Shown: in pieces, positions 23,040 through 34,346 of the stretch | How positions within the stretch are numbered: the first letter of the stretch is position 1 | How the letters are laid out: every line of letters begins with the position of its first letter | Source of the DNA: Vicugna vicugna | Taxonomy: Eukaryota | Direction: 5' to 3' | DNA: 64,000 bases | Assembly: GCA_013265495.1 (NCBI GenBank) | Contig: MU059903.1 | Span: 434,001 to 498,000 of the forward strand | Notes under the pieces: model-generated | What the model was told of the DNA's origin: nothing | Database searches by the model: none | What the model saw: only the letters and a program-made list of their open reading frames with translations | Made by a program: the position numbers and the translations under genes

Positions 23040-25401
23040 CAACTGAGTGTCCAACGGTGGTCACCCACTTACAGTGGCTTTCCTGTTCACAGATAAAAAA
23101 CACAATATATAGATTTTTTCAAGGTCTTATACCACTATATACATGTCACTGTGTTTTGGCAATTTTAGGCAAAACACATACTTAATATAGCATATACCTG
23201 TGGCAAGTGTCGATTCAATGGAAACACCACTGAGGCCGTTTGCAAAGGGCCCAGTAACAGCTTAGACCTACCTCCCAGGTCAGATGCCTCACCCTTCCGT
23301 GGTAACACTAACCGTGCACATGGAGTTACAGAACTGCTTACACGTAAGATACTACTGCGGCATAACTCAAGTCCCACAGTGGGGAAGCCCCGGCCTCCGG
23401 ATGCCGCGTCACCACCGCCACGTGAGAGCCATTTTCAAGCCGGGGCACCAATACTGCCAACCAGGTCACAAGAGCTCACGGTGCCAAACAGACAAACAGC
23501 CAGGCTGTTCAACAAAAATCAGTATCAAAAGGGCTTTAACTGGTACAAAAAAAGAATCATGGGAAAATGTCACACCTTTGGCGTAAAGAATACCAATGCA
23601 AACGTCTCATCGGGACAGCCCAAGTGACAGCCGGCGTCCAGAGGAACCCAGGGCGGCAAGTGCTGTGCTGCCGTGGGCCACACGGCACTGGCACAGACGA
23701 GCAGCCTGACCGAGGGCGGCGGCGGCAGGAAAGCCAGCACGCATCGCGGCCTCCGAGCAGACGAGTCAGCGACAAGCGCCAGAAAAGCGGTCGTGGACCG
23801 CCTGACGCGGTGTGAAGGAAGCCAGAACTGCCTCACTCGCTGCGAGGTGGCGGGCGCGTGAACTCTGCAGTTACTTCTCCCACCACTCCGTCTGCGATCT
23901 GGCTGGACGCAGACAGACCCCTCTCCAGCGGGGTCAGCGCTGGGCTCTAACTCAGAGGGCTGCTCCTCAGCTTCCTAGTCGCATGGATTGTTTTAAAAGC
24001 GAACGCAACTCCCCGAGGTGGGCAGCTCGGCAGCCACTGGGAACAGATAGGCATCTGGAGGGGCTGCTCTCCCAGCGCCTCCACTGCGCGGTCCTGGAAC
24101 CGCGGGCTGTCTGAGCGGCACGGGAGGGTGCCGGCACCTCGGGGCCGTGAGCAGCGGGGCCAGCTCCCAGGACACGAGGGCCGAGCGCGCCAGAGTCGTC
24201 TCTGCGCAAACGAGGGCAGAGCACTGAACACACGGGCTGGGCTCAGGAGGTGCGGTGGGAGCAGAGGGTCACGGCCACCCTGAAGAGAGGAGAAAACATT
24301 ACTCCCAACTGATTATGGCATCTCGTTTTCTGAAGCTGGTTTCAGGGCGTCCTTAACGCTGAGCCTTTCGCTCCCATGGAACACCAAGGAGAGCACGCAA
24401 GGGAGCACACGCTCCCTCCCCCAGCAGTGACCCGTGTGGACCGGGTGTTACAACTGAACGCAACGTGGCACTTTCAGGTCTTGCCGAGGCAGAAATCAGT
24501 CTGAGTGAGGGCAGAGAAATTACCTTACAACAAATCCCAGGAAAATGGGGGCGCCCTCAGATGTGAGATGTTCTTGTAAGTTGAGTTACATGGCAGCTGA
24601 GTAAGTTGCAGCCAACTGAAACCCCCCCCACAACAATCAAGGGTGGTCCCATTCCACTGGGTGGTTGCAAATGGTTTCCCTGCAGCTCGCGGCTGAAAAC
24701 ACACACGTGTCCGTCACAGGCAGTGAGTACAGATGTGGGCGGTGGGGCGCGGCCCCGCTGTGACTGAGGCCCAGCCCTCTCCCTCTCAGGCACGCACACC
24801 AGATGCCCCTGTGACAAAGCCAGAACTACACGCTCAGAGGCTGGACACTAGTCCTCCAGTGGAGTGGTGCAGGCCTGCCAAGTGACTTTAATGAGAAATT
24901 ACTCCAACTGAGGAAGGTGTGGTGCGATGAGTGGGTGTCTGGGCTGCGGGGAAGCGGGGACACGGGAACACACGGCGGGGGTGTGGACAAGCCCTCCCGC
25001 TCCTGCCCAGAGATACAGCAGCCACGCCAGCAAGGGCTCTCTGTGGTCACACAGCACCCTGCAGAGGCCCGGCACTCGGCCGTCTGAACTGGACTCAGGA
25101 CTCCAGACGCGTTTCTTCTCATCTCTCCTGCATCGCTGTGTCCAGGACACATAAAACTTAGATCCCTGCACAGAAGGCCAGGGTGCCTTCCGTGTCGCTG
25201 GCACTTATATCACAAACCTTTGTGGTTTCAGTATAAAATACAAAAGTGTTCATACAGCTGATCTAAAAAAAAAATGAGACAGGTGCTACATGGGCAATAA
25301 AAACCCAACCCTCTGGGGCTGCAAACCAGCACTGAGAGAAGACCCTCAGGTCGAGGCTGTGTGCGCACAGGGTCCCCTTCCACGGTCAGGAACTTGGGTG
25401 G

Positions 25402-25541
25402 NNNNNNNNNNNNNNNNNNNNNNNNNNNNNNNNNNNNNNNNNNNNNNNNNNNNNNNNNNNNNNNNNNNNNNNNNNNNNNNNNNNNNNNNNNNNNNNNNNN
25501 NNNNNNNNNNNNNNNNNNNNNNNNNNNNNNNNNNNNNNNNN
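25402..25541. other. Assembly gap (140 N)
   Basis: Run of N ending 25 nt from the alternative stop codon at 25566. Confidence 1.
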
Positions 25542-25565
25542 CGTTAAGGAAAGCTCAGAAGTGCG

Positions 25566-25780
25566 TTAGTTCTGGTGAGAGATATATGAGCAACAGCTCT
25601 TACGAGATGTAGAACCCATCCTGTAACTATGGGCTGTCCATATACTGTCATAGTCAGAGTCTTCCGAGGGGTCTGAAGGCTCCAAGCGGGAAAGGCTGCT
25701 GCGACGACCCAGGGAGTCTAGGCTTGACTGGTCGTCGTCAGCCAAGACGTGATTATGCATCAGGTCAGTGCCTTGCCATG
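25566..25780 (-). CDS. ARHGEF7: ARHGEF7 alternative terminal exon (read-through of the 25604 donor: ...GSTSRKSCCSYISHQN*)
   Basis: The frame stays open past the donor to TAA at 25568-25566. Matches the recalled ...SHQN C-terminus of beta-PIX-d-type isoforms. Confidence 0.85.
25604..25780 (-). CDS. ARHGEF7: ARHGEF7 alternative cassette exon, 177 nt = 59-aa insert (T-WQGTDLMHNHVLADDDQSSLDSLGRRSSLSRLEPSDPSEDSDYDSIWTAHSYRMGSTS-R)
   Basis: Acceptor ccgttag|CA, internal donor TCTC|gtaaga. Phase 1-1, so the frame is preserved. Length equals the known 59-aa neural beta-PIX-b insert. Confidence 0.9.
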
Positions 25781-28562
25781 CTAACGGCAGGGGAGCCACA
25801 ACCAAAAACATGGAAACAAAAGCAAAAGGTGACGGGAAGAGAAGGGAAAGAGAAAATACTGTTACAAAACGGCAACAATGTTCACTTCTCCTTATTTATG
25901 GCTGGGTTTTAATAACGAATTTATTAATTAGCACAACCTTTAGAATAAAACTAGAGCAATTATTTAAATAAACCTGAATCATGATACTGTTTCCAGAGTG
26001 CTCCTTGTTTAAACCTACTGCTATAAAGTGCTCACTTATTTTTTTTTAACAAACCAAGCCCGTGTCCACAAGGTAATTCTAAAGACATGCGACAAGTCAA
26101 CCAATTCTGCTACACATTCGATCAACAGTCTCATTTAGGACATTATTTGTGAAAGGAACCATTTATGGGCTTAATTAAAACCTATTCCCCATTCATGAGG
26201 TGGATGCACTGGGTGCAAAATCCTTCCACGGGTTTCGGGCTCCTTTCTCCAGCTGTCTGCTTCCCGGGCTGTAAATCTCCTGACGTCATCTTACCAGCAG
26301 GGTCTAAACTTACCTTACCCAACTGTGACGCCTATGCCAAGTTCAGGTGGAGAAAGGGGCGAAACAGGGCCCCCCGGCCTCTGCCCGTCACTCCTCCACC
26401 TGCAGAGTGAGCCTGTCTCCCCTAGGGCTCGCCGGCACTCGGCCAGGGAGTCTGTGCAAACGCCATCGACCCCCTGGGACAGGAGGCTTGAGCAGGCAGC
26501 GCCGCTCTGTGAGGAGGACGGCAGGAGGAATCGGGCACGAAGTGAAGAACAGAAACGAGCCCATAAGTGGCTGGCGACTGCGAGCGATGAGGCTGGCCGG
26601 GCAGCTGTGGGTTGGGGTGCAGGCTGGAATGGGCCAGGAGAGGGTGCTGGGGTCACACTTGGGGGGCACCAGGGGCCCCTCTGGCTCCGTTCTGTTCCTG
26701 CTTCTGAGCAAAGGTTGACCCATTCCCAAGACGTAAAAAGAACAGGCAGTGGACCAGCCTGGGTCCCACCGACCAAATCCCTACCGTCTGTGAAGCCACG
26801 ACACCCTGAGAGAGAAATCAGCACTCACGATGCCTGGCCGAGCGTCTCCTCGGCGTCCACACACCCTGAACAGCACTGAACGTCAGGCGAGATGGGAGAG
26901 AGCTGCTTTCACCCAGCCCCATTCCTGGGTGTCTTAAATACACACCTTCCCAGCACAAGGGATCCGTTTCCCCCTCCTGCCTGCTCTTGAGAACGTCAAG
27001 TTTAAGGCCATATGTGACTGTAAGCCCTCCAAAGTCCCAGAGTGGTAGCCCATGATGTCATTAAAAACAAGAATCGGCGTGCTGCCCAGTGCTTCTCCTG
27101 CGCAGGTGCAAGGTGGTGAGGTCCACACCCGCCCCGGGCTACCCTGCCGGCAGCCACGGCACATCCGGGCATTGTCTCCACGACAAAGAATCTCAGCTCA
27201 AGCGACAAAGAACCTCAGCTCACGCAAACACACACACAGCTCAGATCACCTAGCCTGTTCACCTGAGCCCAACAAGTTCAAATTTTATTTCAAACAATTG
27301 AAGTTGAGGTGAGTAATTTTTTAAAAATCTCAAATTCAAAACCCAAAGAACTATGGTCACATTTTTAGCCTATTACTTAAAAAACAATTTTTCTTACCAA
27401 ATATATGAAACTGTAATGTCTTAAAACGACAACAGCCTGTATTCACAAATCATCGCTCAGTTCTCAGCAGACCCACCGCACAATCAGGCCTTTCCACTTT
27501 TCTCCTGCTCTGCTGACCAGACAGAGAACGGACCAGAAGTCTGAACATCAGAGGTGGGACATGTACAACACCAGCCTTAAAGAAGGTTCTAGATCATCTG
27601 CAGATTCCACCCAGGGTTTAATCCTACTAGCCCTGTCCTCATAGCCACAGTCATCTTTAACACAAGCCAAAGCAGTTGAAAATTCCTTCTCCCACCTGTT
27701 TTTCCCCCCAGAGTCAGTTTACAACAGACAACCACCACTTTGCAGGCGGTGAAAAGGAGGTGAGCGCTTCGCCAGAAGTCGAGACGGAAAGAGAACCAAA
27801 TCTAACGGAAACCAAGTGTTTAAGTTGGAAGTGACATGTAAGTTGTCCAGTATGAAAGAAGGGGGGAGGGGCGGGAGCCCCTCTCTCCTAAGCAAACCGC
27901 ACGCACGGCCACACCTGCCGCCACCCTGCGCTCCGCTCTCCACTGCTGGGCAAGTTAAAAAAAAAAGAGCCCAGCTTTCTACTGTTCACACAACAGATTA
28001 AGCTTTTTCCACTTAAGACGTTATGCATAAGATGCAGGTAAGTTCAGTGGCACTGAAATCTACCAACACATTCACTGGTGTCTGTTTCCAAAAATTTTTA
28101 AGTGTGACCGTTTTAAAGAGGGTGGGGGCTGCTAAAAGAATTCTTACTCTAGGCTTATATTTTTGACAATTCTATAAAGCCAAAAAAAGAAAAAAGAAAA
28201 ATTCCACCACCACACTCGTAGTTTAAACAGCTTAAATAGCGGAGCTGAATGAATCTCCGTCTTCGAACACATGCTCGCTAAGCCAAAGAGAGCTTCACAA
28301 TTCCTCGCAGGACCTGATCCTCGCAGGTTTCCCAGTGGAACATTCTCTAGAAACCGGTCATTTTACTGACAGCTCAAACCCTTCCCAATGACTGAGGGAT
28401 GCTGGGGGGAAGAAGCCATGCCCTACGTTGCCAGGCCACGGAAGCACCCTTATGGGGGACCATGCTGTTGAGTCTGCACGCGGCCCAATGGCTGTTTCCT
28501 TAGATCACGACCTGAAGCAAAAGGAAGCACCATGAGCCCCGGGAGGCTCCCGGGAAACTTAC

Positions 28563-28652
28563 TTGAATTGAGCGTCTGCCGCGTTTTGGCGCTTGTGCAG
28601 TAAGCCTCGATGACTTTCAGAATCTGGGCGTCTTCCTCCAGCGCAGCCGTGC
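28563..28652 (-). CDS. ARHGEF7: ARHGEF7 exon (S-TAALEEDAQILKVIEAYCTSAKTRQTLNS): GIT-binding motif
   Basis: Acceptor gacag|GC, donor TCAA|gtaagt, 90 nt, phase 1-1. Confidence 0.96.
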
Positions 28653-28847
28653 CTGTCCGGGGACACACGACACGTCACGGGGCAGAAACCACTGCGACAG
28701 CTCACTAAGTGAACGCTGATCAACTTGACCCACAAGGGCGACAAGCAGCCATCTCCCCTTTTGTTTTCCTGTCGGGTAACTGTTTTCCAGTAGTCGTAAG
28801 ACAGTTATTCTTAAAAGCGTTTTTACTTTTTCTATGTATTTTTTATC

Positions 28848-29250
28848 TGCAATGTATCTGGCAAAGGATTAATACTCTAAATGTATATAAATTGTCTTAG
28901 TAATCCACAAGAAAAACAGTATACCCCTCAACCTGTGAGAAAAGGCTACAAACAAGAACAATTCAGAAGAGAGCACAGAACGCAAAAACATTCATTCTCA
29001 CCAAGAAGTGACAATTAAAACGAAGAACCACGTTTTCACATACCAGCCTGACAACAGACAGAAAGCACGACAGTCCTCAGTGTGGACGTGAGCGTCAGAA
29101 AGGAGACCCCTCCACCCACATTTGGGGGGCGGAGACGGGGACAATCCTCGGAAAGGCCACTTGACCATATTTACCAAAGGCTTTAAAAGAAAGGAGCATT
29201 TCCTCTGATCCAAATTCCTAGTGGAGACTTAATCCAGGAAATCTAGAGAC
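28848..29250 (+). mobile_element. Old L1M ORF2 3' fragment
   Basis: atctggcaaaggattaatactctaaatgtatataaa...aagaaaaacag...aattaaaac...ttttcacataccag...tgatccaaattcctag follows the L1 ORF2 C-terminal consensus in order. Confidence 0.6.
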
Positions 29251-30129
29251 AACCTGCAGCTTGAAGAAGTCACTCCAGATCCTGGCTTCGTCCAGGCTCA
29301 GGGGTCACAGGCATGGCAGGTGGAGCCTTCCAGACTAAGGGCATCTCACCGGTTGTCTGCGGACAGGGCACACCCCCTCACACCCAGCACACGCCATGCT
29401 GTCACATGGTTAAACTCTGTGACCTGCTTTTGTAGATTCTTCTACAGTTTCTAAGATGTTACTTAAATACTTACTTTAAAAAGCCCAGCTACGCTCACAC
29501 AGCCACGTGGGGAGAATGGAGTCACTGTATCAAGAAGCCTCAACACCATTTCATGATTGTAAGATGGACACATGCAAGGCGGGCCAAGTACTCCTGACTG
29601 AAAATGAATTTCAGCACCAAGAGCTTATTGAGAAACGGACTTGAATTTCACGAGCTGGGACCAGTCGCTGAACAGGTTTCCGTAATAACAACATTTAACT
29701 AGCTTCCCTCCAGGACACGCTGCAAGGAAACTTCCAGGGCAGGTCACCCCTTCTGCCTGCGGAAAACGACCTCTGAGCGACAGCAAGGGTCCAGCTGGTG
29801 TGATCGGATTGCTGTTTTCAGGTGGGACAGGCACACTCGCGTCACGCAAGCGCAGGGACAGCACGACAAGGCCAGGAAGGGCCGGCCTCCCAGGACGCTG
29901 TGCTGAACGCCCTCCCAGAGCCGCCTCCCAGCACAGGGCTCAGAGACAGCAGGTGGACAAGAGGACAGCACGCAGCTTCTATGTGGCAGACTGTTCCACG
30001 AACTAGGAAAATCTCTAGGGCCCTGAACGTCACAAAGGTGAAAATCACTTAGGAAATCAGAGTGTAACCCAAAGCTATCAAGTTCGCTAAATACTTGCCA
30101 CACAGGCACGAGCTACAGAGGGCATGCAG

Positions 30130-30860
30130 GCGAGAGCTCTCCCCCAACTCACAGAAAACTCCGGTCCCTCCTTCAAGTCTCCTCTGCCAGCTCACCTCCT
30201 AAGACTCTCCCTGTCTTTCTCTTCCATCTATTCAGTCTCACAGCTTGAAAAAAACACAGAAGCGCGGAGAACTCGGGACTTCCCACCACCAGCCCGGCCC
30301 CTCCCCGGGGCCTCAGGCCCTGGGCCTCGCTGCCTGCTCCTCATCTGGCAGGTGCGCAGGCTGAAAGCCTCACCCTCTCACGCCCTGCATCTGACCCAAC
30401 AGCACAGCCCAGGCGCCGCACTTCTCAGCCCCAGCGCTCCGGACACGTAGGGTCAGCTCGCTCTCTGCCAGGGGGCTGGCCCAGGCGGGACGCGGCCGGG
30501 TGCTGAGCACCAGCTCTGGCCTCTACTCACGGAGGGGCGGCAGCACCCTCACCCAACTTTGGCAACCGAAAACGCCCCAGTCACCCCTAAGGGCCTCCTA
30601 GGGGCAAAGCTGCCCTCGTTAAAAACAACGCTGCAGGCTACAGCTCAGAGGAGTCTGTCCACGCTCCCCTGGATGTCGTCCTCACCTGGACCACGGCGCA
30701 GCCTCCCACCTGGTCTCCCTGACCCGCTGCCGCTGCCCTGCCTGCTCTCGAGGCAGGGATCAGTTGTCCTAAAATACCCAAGCCAGCCCCAAAGAGCCCT
30801 CTGTTCACAACTGAACTGAAACTGTCGGTTCACTCAAAGCACGTCTGGGACCATCTCTCA
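30130..30860 (+). mobile_element. L2 fragments interrupted by MER20
   Basis: ctcacctggaccacggcgcagcctcccacctggtctccctg (~30680-30720) is a diagnostic L2 block. The left part is weaker. Confidence 0.45.
30418..30632 (+). mobile_element. MER20 (hAT-Charlie MITE), GC-shifted
   Basis: ctggcctctactcac...cagcacc...ggcaaccgaaaacgccccag...ggggcaaagctgccctcgttaaaaacaacgc corresponds to the recalled MER20 3' half. Confidence 0.6.
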
Positions 30861-32058
30861 CTGTTACCCTGGGGTCGGTGCAGGGGTCCCTGGAAAGAAC
30901 CGTGGGGGTCCTGCCTGGGGGTCCCTGCAGTCCATGCCTGGGAGCTCTCCCCCAGAGACATCTGCTCCACTGGCCTCGTGGCCCCTCCCCTCCCAAAACA
31001 CCGGCAGCCTCCCTCCCCGCACTTCAGCACTTCACCGCAACAGGGCTATCGTTGGCCTGGCTTGGCTCCTGCTTCACCACGGGAGGGACCCCACGGGGCA
31101 GGGGTTCACTGGTACACAGGAGGGCACTGAATCCCATCTGCCAGGGAGCAGCCGGACCCCACACTCACTCAGCGCCTGCGCACACAAGGCGCTCAGCACG
31201 GCTGCAGGAGGAAGGGTCCATGAGGCACGGTCTGCAGCTGCACGTGGGGAGCTGGTGTTCAGCCCAGGCGGGACCCTCCGCACGGGAGCGGTGGGCCTCA
31301 CCCTGGTTTCATCGGGGGTCCAGGGGTGCTGCACTGCTCTGCAGCCCCCATCTGAGGGAAACGGCCGTCAGGACGGCAGGGCTGTGGCTGCTACAGGGAC
31401 CTCAGGGACAGGCGGGGAGGGCTCACCCTGAGAGGCCTGCAGGCCGTGACCTCCCTACGGCTGCCATCCCCTACACCGAGACGGGGAGGTCCCACCCGCA
31501 GCCACCACACCAAGCCACCTCCTTCCTCGGGCGACAGCTGACGTGGGCTCCTGGACTTCTGACTAAAGCCTTCTTTTGGCAATGAATCTCTGAGGGTCCC
31601 AAGTGGCTGTGCAGGGGACGAGCCAAGCTCCAGAAATTCACAGAGCCTGGTGACAGCCGTGGGGGCGGGGAGCGAGCAGATGCAGAAGGCAGCAGGAAGG
31701 GCCAGCTCCCTGTGAGGGTCCCCCCACAGCTCCCTGTGGGCAGGGAACTCATCCCTGAGGACTGCTCTCCTGGCACCACTGTCAGCCCAGCACCTTTGTG
31801 TGCGGGGTGCCCTGGGGGAGGCCAGAGCTCAAGTCCACGAGCCTTGGGCATCTCACAGCTTCTCCTGGGAGAGATGGGGCCCGCAGTGGAGGCCCTCCAG
31901 GTGGAGGTGCCCAGGGCAGGGGACCCGCACAGAGAGCTATCTCGGGGTGGGGGTTCGGCACGGACCCGTCTCTCCTTCCTGCGGGCAGCGTCCATGCTGT
32001 TCCCACCCCGCACCCTGGCTGCCCCCGCCGCCCCCACCCCCCACGCGGGTGCGCTCAC

Positions 32059-32152
32059 TTTTCCTCAGGGCGAACTCCTCATCCGAAGGCTTCCGCTCAG
32101 GTTTGCGCTTGGGGAGCAGCTTCTTCATGGTCTTGGGGCTCTTACTGAGATC
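32059..32152 (-). CDS. ARHGEF7: ARHGEF7 exon (DLSKSPKTMKKLLPKRKPERKPSDEEFALRK-S)
   Basis: Acceptor cttcccag|GAT, donor AAAA|gtgagc, 94 nt. Confidence 0.96.
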
Positions 32153-34121
32153 CTGGGAAGGAGAGAGAAGCGCTGACACACCCCGCGGGGAAGGGGGCGG
32201 CTGTGAGGGTGGGGCTTCCCACCCCATCGCGCTCTGACTTCCCAGAGCCGGTGGAGAAGCATTAACTGGAAACCAGCAGGGCACAGGCTCGGCGCCACCA
32301 GCACAGGACATCACCCCGGAGGCGAGGCGGGCCGGCAGCGCCAGGACAGGGAGGGGCAGCTGGCCGCCGCCTGCACAGGGAGCCGCGCCCGTGGTTCCGG
32401 GGTGGACCCACCTGCTGCAGCCAACCGGAAAGAGAGGAGGAAACATAGGCTACTTCTTAAGGAAGGTAAGTAAACACAACCCCTTCAGGAAAACATCTGA
32501 AGCCTCAAGGGACGGGAAAAGGGGGTCAGATCAGCCCCTGGGCTCGAGCACAGAGGCGCACAGACGACACGAGCCCAGAACCGTTCAGCGGCGGGTTCCC
32601 AGCGCAGTGGTCTACCCTCACCTCTGCAACACGTCTCCTAAAAACCGAGCAGAAGGGGGAGGCAGAAAACAGAGCAGGACCAAGCCCAACGACCACGGCA
32701 GGCAAGGAGGGCAAGCTCTTGATTGTCAGGATGCACTGAATAGCCGTATCAAAAAAAGGCAACCTGCTGCATCACTTAAACTGCATAAAGCACTGGTGAA
32801 CCTTTGGATGAGAAACCAAGAAGCAGAAGGTGCCCCGCGCTATGGGATGGATCAGATGAAAAGCACAGAGAGAGCAGGGCCCAGCTTCTAAAGGCATCTC
32901 TTCAACATCATCTCTGTGAAAGCAGGGATTTCAAAAGCTCTGAAAACACAGCAGGAATTAGTCCCCGAAAAAGTAAATGCAGCATGAGCCCTAGACTTCC
33001 CCGAGTGCAAGGGACGGAGGTGGAGCAGGCAGAGCACCGGTGGGGGAGACCACTCCTGACCGGGGCTCCGAGGTGCCCCGCCACACCGGGCACATTCAGT
33101 GCCACACCTCTCCAGGCCTTTCTCTCTCTCCTCTGCCCCACCACTCCCCGCTAGGAACGAAGCCCGCACACCTGCAGCTCTGAGCTGGGGAGTAACAGTA
33201 GGGCACTCTTCAAGGAACCGCCCGGGGCAAAGACACTTCTGACTGGGCACAGGGCCACTGGCAAAACGTACTTCATAAAAACTAAAATTCATTAAGCGCA
33301 AGAAACAAAGAACTAATTATAGTTTATGTTGTGTTTTTCTATTTATCTTAAAATACTTAGGGCCACCAGCAAGGATGGAGGATCTGCTCTAGGTCCTTTG
33401 ACAAAGGCGGCCTCGTGAAGGCACAAACCAGGCAATGGTGCTCACCACGCTCACAGCCCTGCTCACGCTAGCCTCGCCCACAGTGCTTCAGGCCAAGCCC
33501 AAGTCCACCCCGAGCAAAGCCCGCTCGGGCACAGGCTCACACCTGTCATAGCCACACTCATTTCAATCGTCAGCTTCCTCAACGCAGATACTCTGCAGAG
33601 TATCTCCCGAGGCCCTTCCTCTTCTCCCCAGAAACGTTTCACCCTGCAGGGCACCCGTAGAAGCACTGTGATCTCTCTGGCACAACAGGAGAGCTGCCTT
33701 CATCCCCGTTTTGGGGAAGCCTTCTCTCCACCTCAGGGAGCTTCTGGGGACTCAATGCAGGCTCTGGGCAAGAGCTCAGAACACACACAGCAGAACAGCA
33801 TGCACAAGGGCGAGCCCTCATGAACTGCAAGTCCAAAGCAGGTTCAGGCTCAGGGAGGGCCAGGAGGAGGCCCAAGGGAAGCCTCCCAGCTCCTGGGCCT
33901 GCGGCAGCAGGAGTCCAGACCGGGCCACGTGGGCATAGAGAGGCCCCCACAGCACAGAAAGCAGTCATGAGAGAACGAAGGCACACCCTTCACGGTTCTG
34001 AGGAAGCTGCCTGGTATTTTTATGTCACTGGCAGAAACATGGGATTTCCCACATTTCTCATTCACTGGGCTGAAACACAGAGCCACCAATCTAATGTGCC
34101 AGCCGCCCAGCCGGACCTCAC

Positions 34122-34346
34122 CTCCTTGTAGCAGAGAGCCGCCGAGGGCCGGAGTGGGGGTGCGGGTCGCAGGCAGCTCAGGCTCCATGGCTTGGGGGTC
34201 TTCGGAGGCTCCAGGGGACCCCAGTTGATGGTGGTGTGAGGGGTGCCATGGTGGGAGGGGTGGGGCAGCGTGTGGTAGGCGGGCGTCAGCGGCACTGGCT
34301 TGCTGTCAGCGTGCTTGCTGGACGGGGTGATGGAGTGGGAGGGGAG
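34122..34346 (-). CDS. ARHGEF7: ARHGEF7 proline-rich exon, 225 nt = 75 aa ([10 protein letters not shown]...SAALCYKE)
   Basis: Acceptor ggcag|CTC, donor GAG|gtgagg, phase 0-0. Confidence 0.96.

Noticed and set aside
28740-28932. Strong-looking minus-strand acceptor (ttttctcacag|GTTGAG) that would put a stop right after ...ALRK-S
   Set aside because: It lies in an antisense L1 fossil whose A-rich strand mimics a polypyrimidine tract. No convincing donor or poly(A) signal. Probably cryptic.
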